DNA of 64,000 bases from assembly GCF_006345805.1 (NCBI RefSeq), contig NC_043011.1:26920464-26984463 (forward strand), written 5' to 3'. The notes beneath the pieces are model-generated. The model was not told the origin of the DNA. It saw only the letters and a program-made list of their open reading frames with translations, and searched no databases. The translations under genes and the position numbers were made by a program. Below, one piece after another: positions 34,745-47,444 of the stretch (positions within the stretch are counted from its first letter, which is position 1; each line of letters opens with the position of its first letter). The DNA comes from Octopus sinensis. Lineage: Eukaryota.

Positions 34745-35061
34745 CAAATGGCCATCAGTAATTCATGTTCTTAACTTACTTTTCATGTATTTCACTTCTG
34801 AAAATAGTTGCTCATTTGTGAAAATGCTACAGAGCATTGATGCCATTTTTTTACCCCACATGATCTCTTAAGTAGGAACAAAGCCTACCATTTCTCTTAT
34901 ATTCAACATCATGTAACTTGTATGCCCTGATACAACTTTGTCACTATTTCCCCTCTTTTCCAACTGGCTTAGCTATGATTCTTCATCTGCCTCCGACATT
35001 TATTTTGGTTGAGATGTAAACTTCTTAACTACACAGCCATTTCTCAATAAAGAAATTCATA

Positions 35062-35442
35062 TTCTTTTATCTTTTACTTGTTTCAATCATTTGGCTGCGG
35101 CCATGCTGGGGCACCACCTTGAAGGGTTTTAATTAAACAAGTCGACCCCAGGACCTTTTTTCTTAAGCTTAGTACTTATTCTATCATTCACTTTTGCCGA
35201 ACTGCTAAGCTATGGGAAAGTAAACACACCAACACTGGTTGTTTAAGTGGTGGTGCGGACAGACACAGATGCTGAGACATACACACACACACACACACAC
35301 ACACGGGCTTCTTTCAGTTTCTGTTTACCAAATCCACTCACAAGACTTTGGTTGACCTGAGGCTATAGCAGAAGACACTTGTCCAAGGAACCCGGAACCA
35401 TGTGGTCGAGAAGCAAGCTTCTTACCACACAGCCATGCCTGA
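35062..35442 (-). mobile_element. SINE A
   Basis: Reverse copy ending CTTACCACACAGCCATGCCTG. Confidence 0.85.
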
Positions 35443-35493
35443 TATATCTTTCTTTGTTTATCTTTTTCTTTTTTTCTTCTTTCTTTTATTTAG

Positions 35494-35562
35494 AAAGGAG
35501 GTCAGAAAGAAATCCTTGACGTTATTGGTCAGAATATGGTTAATTATCCAGGGAAGCAGCAG
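35494..35562 (+). CDS. Candidate internal coding exon (69 nt, phase 0 to 0)
   Basis: Long pyrimidine tract TTTCTTTTATTTAG|, donor CAG|GTAATA; reads KGGQKEILDVIGQNMVNYPGKQQ. Confidence 0.5.
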
Positions 35563-36157
35563 GTAATATTTTGTTGTTCTTTTACTTATATTTTTGGCTG
35601 TGTTGTTGTTGTTTCTCTTAAACCCTTGTTGACTGACCAGATTTATGATCAGAGATGTTCCAGTAACATTCCAGTCCTTTTTATGGGTATGTAAAGCAAC
35701 ATTATCTCATATATTGTATTCTTTTTGTGTTTTTTTTTTCCAGTAAGATACTAAGGTGTTTATTTGAGGGAAACTTGGTTCTGGTTTTCCACATGTATGC
35801 TTCCATGCACTCATTCACATGTTTCAGCTAATTCTGTTTTATTTATACAAATACTTTTCCATGCAGACATTAAGTTTGGATGGAGACTTATTGACATGGT
35901 ATTTTATGACTGAATGTTCTTGCTGCTGTTTATGCTTGCTTGTTTTTCAAGTAAGGGATTTTATTATTTTTATTCCACTTGTTCTCACAAGATGCTGAAC
36001 TTTAGGATGTATGGTATATAGGTAACTGTATGGTAAGAAGCTTGCTTTTTAACCACATGGTTCTCAGTTCAGCCCTACTGCATGCAGGGCTGAATTTCCA
36101 CACACACACATATATACAATGAGTGTTGCTCAGTTTCTGTCAAGACACTTACTCAAG

Positions 36158-36343
36158 AAACAGGAAGAGAGAGTGAGAGAAAGTTGGGTTGAAAGAGTAC
36201 AACAGGGGTCGCCACCACCCCATGCCGGAGCCTCGTGGAGCTTTTAGGTGTTTTTGCTCAGTAAACACACACAACGCCCGGTTGAGGAATTGAAACCGCG
36301 ATCCTCCGACCACGAGTCTGCTGCCCTAATCACTGGGCCATTA
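36158..36343 (-). mobile_element. 3'-truncated SINE C inside a split SINE A, flanked by about 58-bp inverted repeats
   Basis: Arms 36099-36157 and 36347-36405 are reverse complements with about 3 mismatches. Confidence 0.8.
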
Positions 36344-36455
36344 CACCTTGAGCAAGTGTCTTGACAGAAACTGAGCAACACCCATTGTATATTTATGTGT
36401 GTGTGCAAATTATTAAAGAGGCTATTCACAATTTACAACTGAAAGGCAACAAGTA

Positions 36456-37208
36456 TAGTTGTCACTGAAGTGATGGAGGGTGCTAGTGAGCAACAGCATT
36501 GCTAGAAATAAGAGTCAAAGCAACTCTTTTCTACTCTAAGCATAAGGCCAAAAATTTTTGGGTAGGGGCCAGTTGATTAGATTGATTCCAGTATGCAACT
36601 GGTACTTAATTTATCAACTCCGAAAGGATGAAAGGCAAAGTTGACCTCGGTGGAATTTGAACTCAGAATGTAAAGACAGATGAAATACCTATTTCTTTAC
36701 TACCCATAAGGGGCTAAACACAGAGAGGACAAACAAGGACAGACAAACAGATTAAGTCGATTATATTGACCCCAGCGCATAACTGGTGCTTATTTTAATC
36801 GACCCTGAAAAGAGGAAAAGCAAAGTCGACCTCGGCGGAATTTGAACTCAGAACTTCGCAGCAGATGAAATACCACTAAGCATTTCATCTGGCAAGCTAA
36901 CATTTCTACCAGCTTGTCGCCTTGTCAAAACAACTCTTTGCCACTGAGAGCACTTTTCTAATGATTGACAAGGGACATAAGTTCCCCACCTATGGCAAGC
37001 GAGATGAAGTCAATTCTTCCATTGATTTCAGATTTGATTAATCTTCATCAGTGACCCACTACTCCGTCGTCATAGGTGTGTGGGGGGGAGCTTGTCTTCC
37101 TTGTCAGTCATTAGAAAAGTGCTCTTAGTGGCTAAGAGTTGTTTTTAGATTCTCATTTCTAGTAATGCTGGTGCTCACTAGTAGCCTCTGTCACTTTAGT
37201 GATGACTG
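36456..37208. mobile_element. Tc1/mariner-type MITE with about 110-bp TIRs, interrupted by a SINE B dimer
   Basis: TA|TAGTTGTCACTGAAGTGA... and ...TCACTTTAGTGATGACTG|TA; the arms continue through CTAGTGAGCA..AGCACTTTTCTAATGA.TGACAAGG. Confidence 0.78.
36530..36922 (-). mobile_element. SINE B dimer with 16-bp TSD
   Basis: GTCAAAGCAACTCTTT (36514-36529) / GTCAAAACAACTCTTT (36924-36939); same internal junction as the 32748 dimer. Confidence 0.85.
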
Positions 37209-37213
37209 TACTT

Positions 37214-37305
37214 ATAGGACCCTTGCCCGGGGTGCCACGCAGTGGAACTGAGTCCGGAACCATGTGGCTGGGAAGCAAGCTCCGCACACACAGCCATGCC
37301 TGCAC
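37214..37305 (-). mobile_element. SINE A head
   Basis: CTTGCCCGGGGTGCCACGCAGTGGAACTGAG...CACAGCCATGCCTGCACC. Confidence 0.8.
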
Positions 37306-37344
37306 CTATATTCACACACACACACACACACAATATATTGATTT

Positions 37345-37733
37345 TGGATTTTGGAAGCACTCCGTCGGTTACGACAATGAGGGTTCCGGTTGATCCAATC
37401 AACGGAACAGCCTGCTCGTGAAATTAACGTGTAAGTAGCTGAGCACTCCACAGACACGTGTACTCTTAACGTAGTTCTCAGGGATATTCAGCATGAAACA
37501 GAGAGTGACAAGGCCGGCCCTTTGAAATACAGGTACAACAGAAACAGGAAGTAAGAGTGAGAGAAAGTTGTGGTGAAAGAGTACAGCAGGGATCACCACC
37601 ATCCCCTGCCAGAGCCTCGTGGAGCTTTAGGTGTTTTCGCTCAATAAACACTCACAACGCCTGGTCTGGGAATCGAAATCGCGATCCTACGACCGCGAGT
37701 CCGCTGCCTTAACCACTGGGCCATTGCGCCTCC
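37345..37733 (-). mobile_element. SINE C head/body with an alternative (non-V) tail
   Basis: Head and body match 60919-61110, but the tail is GTACCTGTATTTCAAAGGGCCGG...GGAGTGCTTCC ending in (AAAATCC)-like repeats. Confidence 0.85.
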
Positions 37734-38039
37734 ACAATATATTGATTATTGATTACGACAAAAACAAAACAAAACAAAAATCTATCATGCATTGTAATGC
37801 ATTGTTTCACTGTAGGATTAGAGTTTTGTATTGTTTTCAAGTTGATTTGTTATGGAGCTGCAATCATTTCAATATTTATTTATATTATTTATTTATTCAT
37901 TTTATTATTTATTGTTAGGTCTTTGACAGACAGATGAGATTTTTAAAATATTTTTTTTTGCTCTATATCTCGTAACTTATTGTCTTTTTTTTTATATTCC
38001 TTTTATATTTGAATAATATTAGAAGTGTCAGAAGAACTT

Positions 38040-38640
38040 AGTATATTTCTTATGTAGGCTGTGTGGTATTGAGATCGTGGCAATGATGGTGACTATGCTG
38101 ATGGAGATGATAGGGTGGGAGGTACATCTGCTGGTGGTGGTGGTGAAGGTGATGATAAGAAAGATTGTGATGCTGATGATGGTACTGATGGTAATAGTGC
38201 CGCTGCTGCTAGTGATTATAATGGTGATGAAGGTGGTGATAATGATAAATATGTTGGTGATGGTGAAGCTGATGATGATAATGGCAGTGATTATTATCAT
38301 CATCATCATCACCATTATTATTATTGTTATAATAATAATAATAATAATAATAATAATTGTTATTATTATTATTGGTAATATAATGGTGATTTTAATGGTA
38401 GCAGTGATCATTGTGCTAATATTAATGGTATTGGTGACTGAAGTGGTACCAAAGGTGATGATGATTATGGTGATGATAACCATGTTGATGAAGATGATTG
38501 TGATGATGAGAACAGTAATGTTGATGATAGTAATGATGATGGAGATGCTGCTGCTAGTGATGATGGTGATAAAGATGATTGTGATGATGAGGATGATGAT
38601 GGTGTTAATGTTGGTGATGATGGTGATGATGTAAACTGAC
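38040..38640. repeat. (GAT/GGT/AAT)n low-complexity tract
   Basis: Direct reading. Confidence 0.92.
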
Positions 38641-39050
38641 AGCGATCATAAAGAATTTTAGAACAGAAGAAAATATTATAATATTTTTATAAATAATAAA
38701 TAATAGTAATCACCACGATCATCATTATCATCAACATTGTCCTCATGTATAACGATCCCAGTTGTTGTTGCTGTTGTCATCCGTTAGTTTTGATATTTAT
38801 AGTTTTTGTGTTGAAGCAGCTTTTAATTTTTTTCTGTTAATCTTCCCTGCTTGTAACACATGACATATTGTCTAAAGTATTGAAATACTAAGAACATGTT
38901 TACAAGCTCTGAACCTTTAAATAAAATCCAGTGCATTGTTGCTGTTTGTATTTGGCTTCACATGAGCTGTCATTGAGCATAAATAACTATGCTTGCAGCC
39001 ACATTCGTCCTGTCAAAATTTTCAGATACAACATACGTTGGAATGAACGA

Positions 39051-40072
39051 TGTATGTAGTTAACTAAATCTCGTGCCTGGTTTACAGAACTGTTTACGTA
39101 GTTAACTAAACTTTGTGTCAAGTTAACAGAACTGTGTATGTAGTTAACTAAACCTTGTGTCCAGTTAACAAAACTGTGTATGTAGTTAACTAAACTTTGT
39201 GTCTAGTTAACAGAACTGTGTATGTAGTTAACTAAACTTAGTGTCCAGTTAACAGAACTGTGTATGTAGTTAACTAAACTTAGTGTCTAGTTAACAGAAC
39301 TGTGTATATAGTTTAACTAGACCTTGTGTCCAGTTAACATAACTGTGTATGTAGTTAACTAAACTTAGTGTCTAGTTAACAGAACTGTATATATAGTTTA
39401 ACTAAACTTTGTGTCTAGTTAACAGAACTGTGTATGTAGTTGACTAAACCTTGTGTCTAGTTAACATAATTGTGTATGTAGTTGACTAAACCTTGTGTCT
39501 AGTTAACATAAATGTGTATGTAGTTAACTAAACCTTGTGTCCAGTTAACATAACTGTGTATGTAGTTAACTAAACTTTGTGTCTAGTTAACAGAACTGTG
39601 TATATAGTTTAGAACTGTGTATGTAGTTAACTAAACCTTGTGTCTAGTTAACAAAACTGTGTATGTAGTTAACTAAACCTTGTGTCCAGTTAACAGAACT
39701 GTGTATGTAGTTAACTAAACCTTGTGTCTAGTTAACAAAACTGTGTATGTAGTTAACTAAACTTTGTATCTAGTTAACAGAACTGTGTATGTAGTTAACT
39801 AAACCTTGTGTCTAGTTAACAGAACTGTGTATGTAGTTAACTAAACCTTGTGTCTAGTTAACAGAACTGTGTATATAGTTTAACTAAACTTTGTATCTAG
39901 TTAACAGAACCGTAGTTAACTAAACCTTGTGTCTAGTTAACAAAACTGTGTATGTAGTTAACTAAACCTTGTGTCTAGTTAACAGAACTGTGTGTGTAGT
40001 TAACTAAACCTTGTGTCTAGTTAACAGAACTGTGTATGTAGTTAACTAAACCTTGTGTCTAGTTAACAGAAT
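39051..40072. repeat. 42-bp tandem satellite, about 24 copies
   Basis: Unit TGTGTATGTAGTTAACTAAACCTTGTGTCTAGTTAACAGAAC with GTTAAC every 21 bp. Confidence 0.96.
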
Positions 40073-41580
40073 TGTCTGCCAACTAGATGCAAAACAGCAT
40101 ATCAGATTAATAAGACTGTACATCTAGTTAACCAAATAGTGCCTAACAGAACTGTCTGTCTAGTTTTAACAAAACCATGTCTGTTTAAGAAGATTGTGTA
40201 TCTGCTTAACAAAGCAGTGTATTGAGTTAGTAAAACTGTTTATTCCCATGACAGAGCAGCTTATGTCTGCACTTACAAACTAATGTATTTAGTTAACATA
40301 ATTGTGTGTCTTTTATCTTTTTTATCTTTTACTTGTTTCAATCATTTCCACTGCAGTCATGCTAGGGCACTGCATTGAAGGGTTTTAGTCAAACAAATTG
40401 ACCCCAGAACTATTTCTTTTCTTAAGCCTAGTACTTATTCTGCTGGTCTCTTATGCTGAACTGCTAAGTTACAGGGATGTAAACACACCAACACTGGGTG
40501 TCAAGCGGTGATGGGAGGGACAAACACCAACACAAAGACACACACATAGATATATATACACACATATATCTATTTATATGATGGGCTTCTTTCAGTTTCC
40601 AACTATCAAATTCACTAACAAGGCTTTGGTCAGCTCAAAGGTATAATAGAACACATTTGCCCAAGGTTCCACACAGTGGCACTGAATCCAGAACCATATG
40701 GCTGGGAAGTAAGCTTCTTACCACACAGCCACACCTGTGCCTAAAACAGTGTACTTATTTACTAAAACAATGTTTTAGAATTATTTATCTAATTAACAAA
40801 ATAGAGTGTAGAGATAGTAAAGCATTGTATCTGTTTGAAGAAACACTTTTATACCACTTTTATTAACATTGTTAACAAAACAGTGTATCTATGTAACCAA
40901 GCAGTGTGGTTATTCACTAAAACAGTGTGTTTATTTAAAAATGCAGACGACAATATATCTAATTAATGAAACAGTGTATTGATGTAACAAAACTGTGTAT
41001 CCAGTTCAGAAAACTGTGTATCTGTTCAACAAAAACAGTGTACCTTGTTAATATAACAATGTATCTAGTTCACAGAATTGTGTTTGTTGTTAGTTTAACA
41101 AAATAAACAACAAAACAAGATATAGTTGTCACAACATTGTGTCTTGTTAATACTATATCTAGTTCACAATACAGTCTAGTTTTTGAATTGAACAGAATAT
41201 TGTATCTGTGTAACAAAATTTGTCTAGTGAACAAACCACTATAGCTAAGTAAAGAAACTCTAAAAAGTTATTGAAACATTGTATGTAGTCAACAAATCAA
41301 TGTCTCATAAATGAAACATCTTGTTAACAACAAAACTGTATATTTAATTAATGATATGATGTGTCTAGTTTAGGAAGCACTGTATCTAGTCTAGCTAATA
41401 AAACTGTCTACTTAATAAAACTGTTTAACAAAAAAGTTATCTAGTTAAGAGAATAGAGTATTTTATTAACAAAGCACTGTGACTAGTTAATGGAACATTG
41501 TATCTGGTTAGTTAACAAAACAGTGTAACTAATTAAGGAAACAATGTGTTTAGTTAACAAAATAGGGTATTTGGTTAATG
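40073..41580. repeat. Degenerate continuation of the satellite (resumes 43085-43380)
   Basis: Recurring TTAACAAAAC..TGT.TATCTAG motifs at about 20-21-bp spacing, interrupted by a SINE and a LINE. Confidence 0.7.
40310..40740 (-). mobile_element. SINE A inserted in the degenerate satellite
   Basis: TTTTATCTTTTACTTGTTTC...CTTACCACACAGCCACACCTG. Confidence 0.85.
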
Positions 41581-43060
41581 AAATATGCGATATCTGAATT
41601 GCTTGTTGTACTTCAGGGAGCATCAAATGGCAAAGCAGTTGGTACTAACCTCAGTCAAGTAAATGAATCACTCAAATATAGAGGAGAAGCATCTCAAGTT
41701 GCATTCAATGACATATGCAACAAGGTTCTCATAATAAATGTGCAGCCTAGTGAATGGAGGTCATCAATAATAGTATCACTACCAAAGAAAGGTGATTTGC
41801 GACAAATGTCCAACTATCAAGGAATAAGTCTTGTGAATCAAGGCGCAAAGCTCTTTAATAGGCTTCTGTTAAATTGCAAAAATATAAGTGTCTATCAGAA
41901 AAGCTTTAGAAAGAACTGTAGTTGCTTTGAACAAATTTACACATTGAAGAGGGTACTGGAGACCTGCTTTGAGTGGTGTCTCCCAATAGCTGCACTGTTC
42001 ATAGATTTTCAAAAAGTATTCAACAGTGTCAACAGAAATGCTATGCTTATGATTCTTGAAAGGACAGAGATACCTTGAAGATAAACATCTGCAGTTAGAT
42101 GTCTTTATGAACATCAAACAGCATATGTCCTTGTTAATGGAAAACAGTCTTCTGACTTCACACCGCAGAGTGAAATCCTGCAAGGTGATACCTTAACACC
42201 TAATCTATTTTTGGTGGTTATAAATCAACCCATACAGAGGATGGAATTCACATATCAGAGTCACATAAGTTGGCCTATCCTACATTTGTAGATAATATTG
42301 TTCTCGTTGCTCCCAGCCTCATAGAAGCAAAGGACTATTTGGATTGTGTCATGTGAGAAGCAAAGACTATGGGGCTAGGAATAAGTGAATAGAAGATAGA
42401 GTGCATCACTGTTAATATAAACACAGACGAAACAACAGGTGTTTGGGCAAATGGAAAGCAGCTATCCAGGGTTGATAAATTAACTCATCTTGGATTGACT
42501 GTAACTTATTTCTCTCACAACTCAAACTGTGACATCATAGACAAAAGGAGAGCAACATATGGAGCAATGTCACAGCTTCAACTCCTTTGGACATCTGATA
42601 TTAACCCAACAATGAGGATAAAGATGTATAAAACTCTATGTCTTCAGATTTTTACATGTGGATGCAAGACATAGTGACAAATGTGAACTGGCAAAGGGCA
42701 GGCCATGGTGAACACTTTACACACAAGAAATCTGAGGAAAATATATAAGATATCCTAATATGACCATGTTTCCAATGATACACTGTACCAGATGGCTGAC
42801 AAAAAGTAAATGAGCCCATAAAGGTCTGCTGGCTAAGATGGACTGGTCACCAACTGCAACACTCAGTCAATGAATGCTATCAACAATGCCTGCTGCTTAA
42901 CACCCTACAAAGTGGAAAGCGTGAGAGGAAACAACCAAGAACGACTTACCACTGTATGATTTGTGCAGTCTGCAGAATGTTGCTCAATGAAATGCTTCTA
43001 GTGGCTGAAGATGGAGATGAGCAGAAAGCCTTAATAAACTATGTCTGTCAATGACTGACT
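41575..43060 (+). mobile_element. Decayed RTE-like LINE (RT region to 3' end), distinct from the 25197 family
   Basis: PSEWRSSIIVSLPKKGDL..NYQGISL..FIDFQKVFNSV; downstream frames give VLVNGKQS..EILQGDTL; many stops. Confidence 0.85.
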
Positions 43061-44084
43061 ATACCCATATTTATTTTGAATAATAAATATTGATTGATTG
43101 GTATCTAATTAGGAAAACAGTTTATCTGGTTAAGAAAGCAGAATATTTAGTTAGCATAACTGTGTATTCACAGAACAGTATATTATGCAAGTTGACAAAA
43201 CTGTTTGGTTAACAAAACAGTGTAGGTGATTGATGAAAATTGCAGGTTTTGTGTACTAAATTATATATCTAGTTACCAAAAGAATATTTCAGATTAAATG
43301 AACAGTGGGTCAAGTTAACAAACTGTGTGTATTTGTTTAACAAAACATTGTATCAAGTCTTCAAAACTTTTGTACTCTAGCTGTAAAAATGATTGCTTCA
43401 AAAATGCATCAATATTTAATCAAAAACTTCCCATCCATGCTTGCAGAGAGAAAAAAAGCATATAAAATAATAAAGTTTTTTAAAAAAATTGAAAAAATAA
43501 AATAGTCTTTGTTTTTGTCAATAAAATCTCTAACTCTTGTTACCAAATCCCATTTAATATCTTTTCTTTTGGCTTACCTCTATCCAAGATTATATCAAAC
43601 ATTAATCTGTAATATTTACAATGTGTATGGTGTGCAGAGTTGCAGTGAGATTGACAATATGACAGTATAAAAGCTAAGCTTTGTTTTGTAGAATGCAGTT
43701 TGACAAAGAGGCATTGTATCTTAGAATGTAATCTAGCAGTGAAGTGTGGGGTGGAGATTGGTAGTGTGGTCATGTTGTACAGAGTGTAGAATAGCAGTGT
43801 GGTTATGTGAGAGATGCATACTGCTGCTGCAAAGTTGGTACCTTAGATGCCTTTCCTGTTGCCAATACTTTTATGGCATGTCAATCCTTTTTGCCAGAAC
43901 ATTGGCCTTCTGGAATCTTCTCCATGCTCATGTCTTTCCTGCAGGTGTTGACCTGCAATAGTTAAAACTAATAGCAGCAACTCCATCTTTCTTGCAGTCC
44001 ATCTTTCTCTAGACTCATATGTATATATATATATATATAGTGTGTGTGTGTGTGTGTGTGTGTGCATATATAAGTACCCTCCCC

Positions 44085-44280
44085 ACACACACATGCTGGT
44101 GTCATGTGAAAAGCCACTATGTACACTCTGTAAAGTGGTTGACACTAGGAAGGATATCCAGCCACAGAAATTATGCCCAAGCAGACAGAGTTTGGCACAA
44201 TCCTCTAGTTTGACAGCCATCAAACTGTCCAATGTCCAACTCAGGCCAGCATGGAAGGTGGACATTAAATGATGATGATA
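44085..44280 (+). mobile_element. RTE 3' terminus fragment
   Basis: GTAAAGTGGTTGACACTAGGAAGGATATCCAGCC...CCAGCATGGAAGGTGGACATTAAATGATGATG. Confidence 0.75.
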
Positions 44281-45334
44281 TTATATATATCTCTTATACT
44301 TGCTGGCATATAAGAGGTGTTTTTTTTAAATATTTTTGAATGCACCCAAAAATTGCTTTCTATCTAATGTGGCTGTATTATTAACTGGGAGATCAAGTAC
44401 CATAGTCTAGGGAGCCAGATGAGCGTAAGTCTGCTTGGTACTGTGATTATTACTAATAGTAAAAGATTGCAAACCAGCCAAATTATCATACACTGTTAGC
44501 TGAAACTCATGAAAACTTGGTTGCTGTCCTTTGTAGTTATGTGGGAAGGTGACATCATCTCATTATACTTCTGTCTCTAGCATACCTAACCAATTAAATA
44601 ATGTGTCTTACATTATTTAATTACTTTAAGCAAACATTGTTTTAATTATCTAAATGAACAATTCTGTTAGAAAGATGAAAGGAATGTCAAATTTTCATCC
44701 ACTTGTCAGCTATTTGTAGTGAGTGGATGGCAACAAAACCAAAGCACTACTCTGGGAATCAATTGAAACTGCATGAAACATTATGTCTTTGAGTTTGACA
44801 TTCTGTATGGAAATTCTCTAGATCAAAATATTGACAAGTGTGCAGTTGGCCTGACAGAAGACAATGTTGAAATATGCTACTCCCATAATGCTCTTTATTT
44901 ATGGTAAATTTATAGTTTCATACTTTTTACAGTACACTGTTACATCATTGTATTTAAATGTATAGAATCATAATTCTCCTCTACAAAACCACTTAAAAAT
45001 ATCTCTCAATAAATGTTTGATGATGGAACACACCGCATTTGTTTTTTTTTTTCCATAAACTATACTTGTAAAATAGGGATGTATTGCATGTGAGTATGCA
45101 TCTTATATGCCAGCAAAGATGATATTTATAAATTCCCCCTAAACAGTAATTCTAATATTTTAATATTATAAATCTCAAGTATGTGCACGAATGCTGATTT
45201 GTGTAGATGTATTTATAGACTTCTAAACTCATTTTTTAAAATATATTAATGCTGGGATTTTACCAAGCAAGCAAACACACACACACACACACAGGCATGC
45301 ACATAAGCTTGCACTGATCTTTGCTATTTATTTA

Positions 45335-45371
<37 letters not shown>

Positions 45372-45959
45372 TATTCAAAAATATTCTTTCTGTTTTCTGT
45401 CCAACTATTTTCTTTAAAATGAAAAAGAAAATGTGACAATAACCAGCCACAACAACATGAAAAGGGAAAAGGAGAGAAAATATTAAAAAAAAGCTGGTAA
45501 CTAATGTTTAACAGGATGAAAAGAATAAAAAAAAACTCCCAACTAAACAAAACAAATGTTATTTCTGACATTTTCTGCAATGTTGCACCCAATATATGCC
45601 ATACAAATGCTAATATCTTAGTTGTATCCTAATGTTTTCACCTATCATTGGCTTTTACTGCAGTTTTTCAGAAATGGGGTTATATTATATTATATTTGTT
45701 TTGTTTGTTTGTTTCTTTAAATTTCACAGTCACTATTGAAAATGGGAAATTTTCTCATATTTTCATTTCAATGCATTATCCATGTTAAAGAACAGAAATA
45801 AAAAGAAAGTCCCTACTCCCAACCTCACTTCCAAAGAAAAGGAAAATTCTTAGGATGGTAGAAGTGTGAGGGTAGCAGACTCTATACATCTTGCAGTCTT
45901 CAGTAATATGTCTCTTTATGCCCCATGAGTTCAAATCCTGTCCGTTTACATTTATATAT

Positions 45960-46645
45960 TTCTTTCTATCTTTTATCTTTTACTTGTTTCACTCATTGGA
46001 CTGTGGCCATACATGGGTGCCACCTTGAAAAAAATTGACTCTGGTACTTATTTTTCTTTTTTTTAAACCTAGATGGCTCAGTAGTTAGAGAGTCGGGCTC
46101 ACAGTCATGAAGTAGTGATTTCAATTCTCGGACCAGACACTTTATTTCATGTTGCTCAAGTTCACTCAGCTGTAGAAATGACTTGTGGCATCACTGGTGC
46201 CAAGCTGCACCAGCCTTTGCCTTTCCCTTGGATAACATTGGTGGCATGGAGAGGGAAGTCCAGTGTGTATGGATGACTGGTGGTTTTTCATAAACAACAT
46301 TGCCTGGTCTTGTGCCTCAGAGGCTAACTTTCTAGGAGCAATGCTATGATCATTCGTGACCGAAGAGGTCTTTACCCTTACTTATTCTATTGATTTCTTT
46401 TGCTGAACTCATAGATTATTGGGATGCAAACAAACCAATACCGGGCAGCTGTAGGGCAGGAGCAGACACAAAAACACATGTACACATACACATATATGAT
46501 GAGCTTCTTTCAGTTTCTGTTTGCCAAATTCACTCACAAAACTTTGGTCATCCTGGGGCTATAGTAGAAGATGCATGTCCAAGCTGCCATGCAGAAGGAT
46601 TGCACCCAAAGCCACATGGTTGGGAAACAAGCTTCTTAATTATAG
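45960..46645 (-). mobile_element. SINE A split by a SINE D insertion
   Basis: Tail 45960-46068 and remainder 46381-46645 are continuous once the insert is removed (CCTAG...TACTTATTCTAT). Confidence 0.7.
46070..46381 (+). mobile_element. SINE D (tRNA head, CACTCAGCTG core, distinct tail)
   Basis: TGGCTCAGTAGTTAGAG head; TTTCATGTTGCTCAAGTTCACTCAGCTG shared with the 16303 copy; unique tail ending TTTACCCTTAC. Confidence 0.7.
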
Positions 46646-46679
46646 CCACTAGTTCAAATTAGAAGAACCTTTGTCTTAA

Positions 46680-47332
46680 CCCTTTCATTACCATATTTCT
46701 GTTAATTTTGAAAATAACAAAGAACTAGTAGTATAACTCGGTGATGCTCAGGTTTGTTGTTTAGTTGCGCTTAAAATGACAGACTTTGATGTCGCATTAA
46801 CAAAGTTTTGACATAGTTTCAATCTTTTTTGAAAAGTAAAAATTTTGCATTATGTAGCTTGTTATTCCCTTTAAGTGAACATTTTTCTGGTTGAAATACA
46901 CCCTAAAATGGCGACACAGCAGTAAAAAAAAATCGTAAAAAATAAGGATTTTCATAGAAAAAAAGCACCTTTTTGATGTAAATAAGTTTTGGTCTTAACA
47001 TGGTCCGATTTGAATTTTTTCTTCTACGGAATGAAGAGCAAGCCTTATATCATACTCTCAATTTTGGTCAACTTGCTCCGCAGGGTCTCGGAGGAGATAG
47101 TGTTAGTTGAAGGCTACCAAACCTGCCACACACACACACAGAGACAACTTCAGCTTTATATGTATAGATTTTAGTAAAATAACTTTGTCATTAATCAGTT
47201 ATTAAACTGGTGCCTAAAATATAAATTAACATGAAATTTTGATGCATGGTTGTAATTATTTAAGTTACGTGAAGAGCCAAAATTTGTATGATAGAACCAG
47301 ACATAATCTCAGGAAGGTTAGTTATGAAAGGG
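46680..47332. mobile_element. piggyBac-like MITE with TTAA TSD
   Basis: TTAA|CCCTTTCATTAC ... GTTATGAAAGGG|TTAA. Confidence 0.8.
46724..47169 (+). mobile_element. Helentron/HINE-like non-autonomous element nested in the MITE
   Basis: Starts ACTAGTAGTATAACTCGGTGATGCTCAGG, ends (CA)n..AACTTCAGCTTTATATGTATAGAT; termini resemble DINE-1/HINE elements; no TSD. Confidence 0.6.
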
Positions 47333-47444
47333 TTAATGATGTAAATCCTGTCTGGTGTGGCTGTGTGTAGGTGCTGGTGTGGTTGCATCTGGGTGCAGGA
47401 ATGGCTGTGTAGTGGGTGTAGTGGCACAGGCATGGTTGTGTGGT

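Noticed and set aside
39051-40072. 42-bp array as CRISPR
   Set aside because: Head-to-tail satellite without spacers.
44773-44907. 44-codon ORF MKHYVFEFDILYGNS...
   Set aside because: Length expected by chance; no acceptor in frame.
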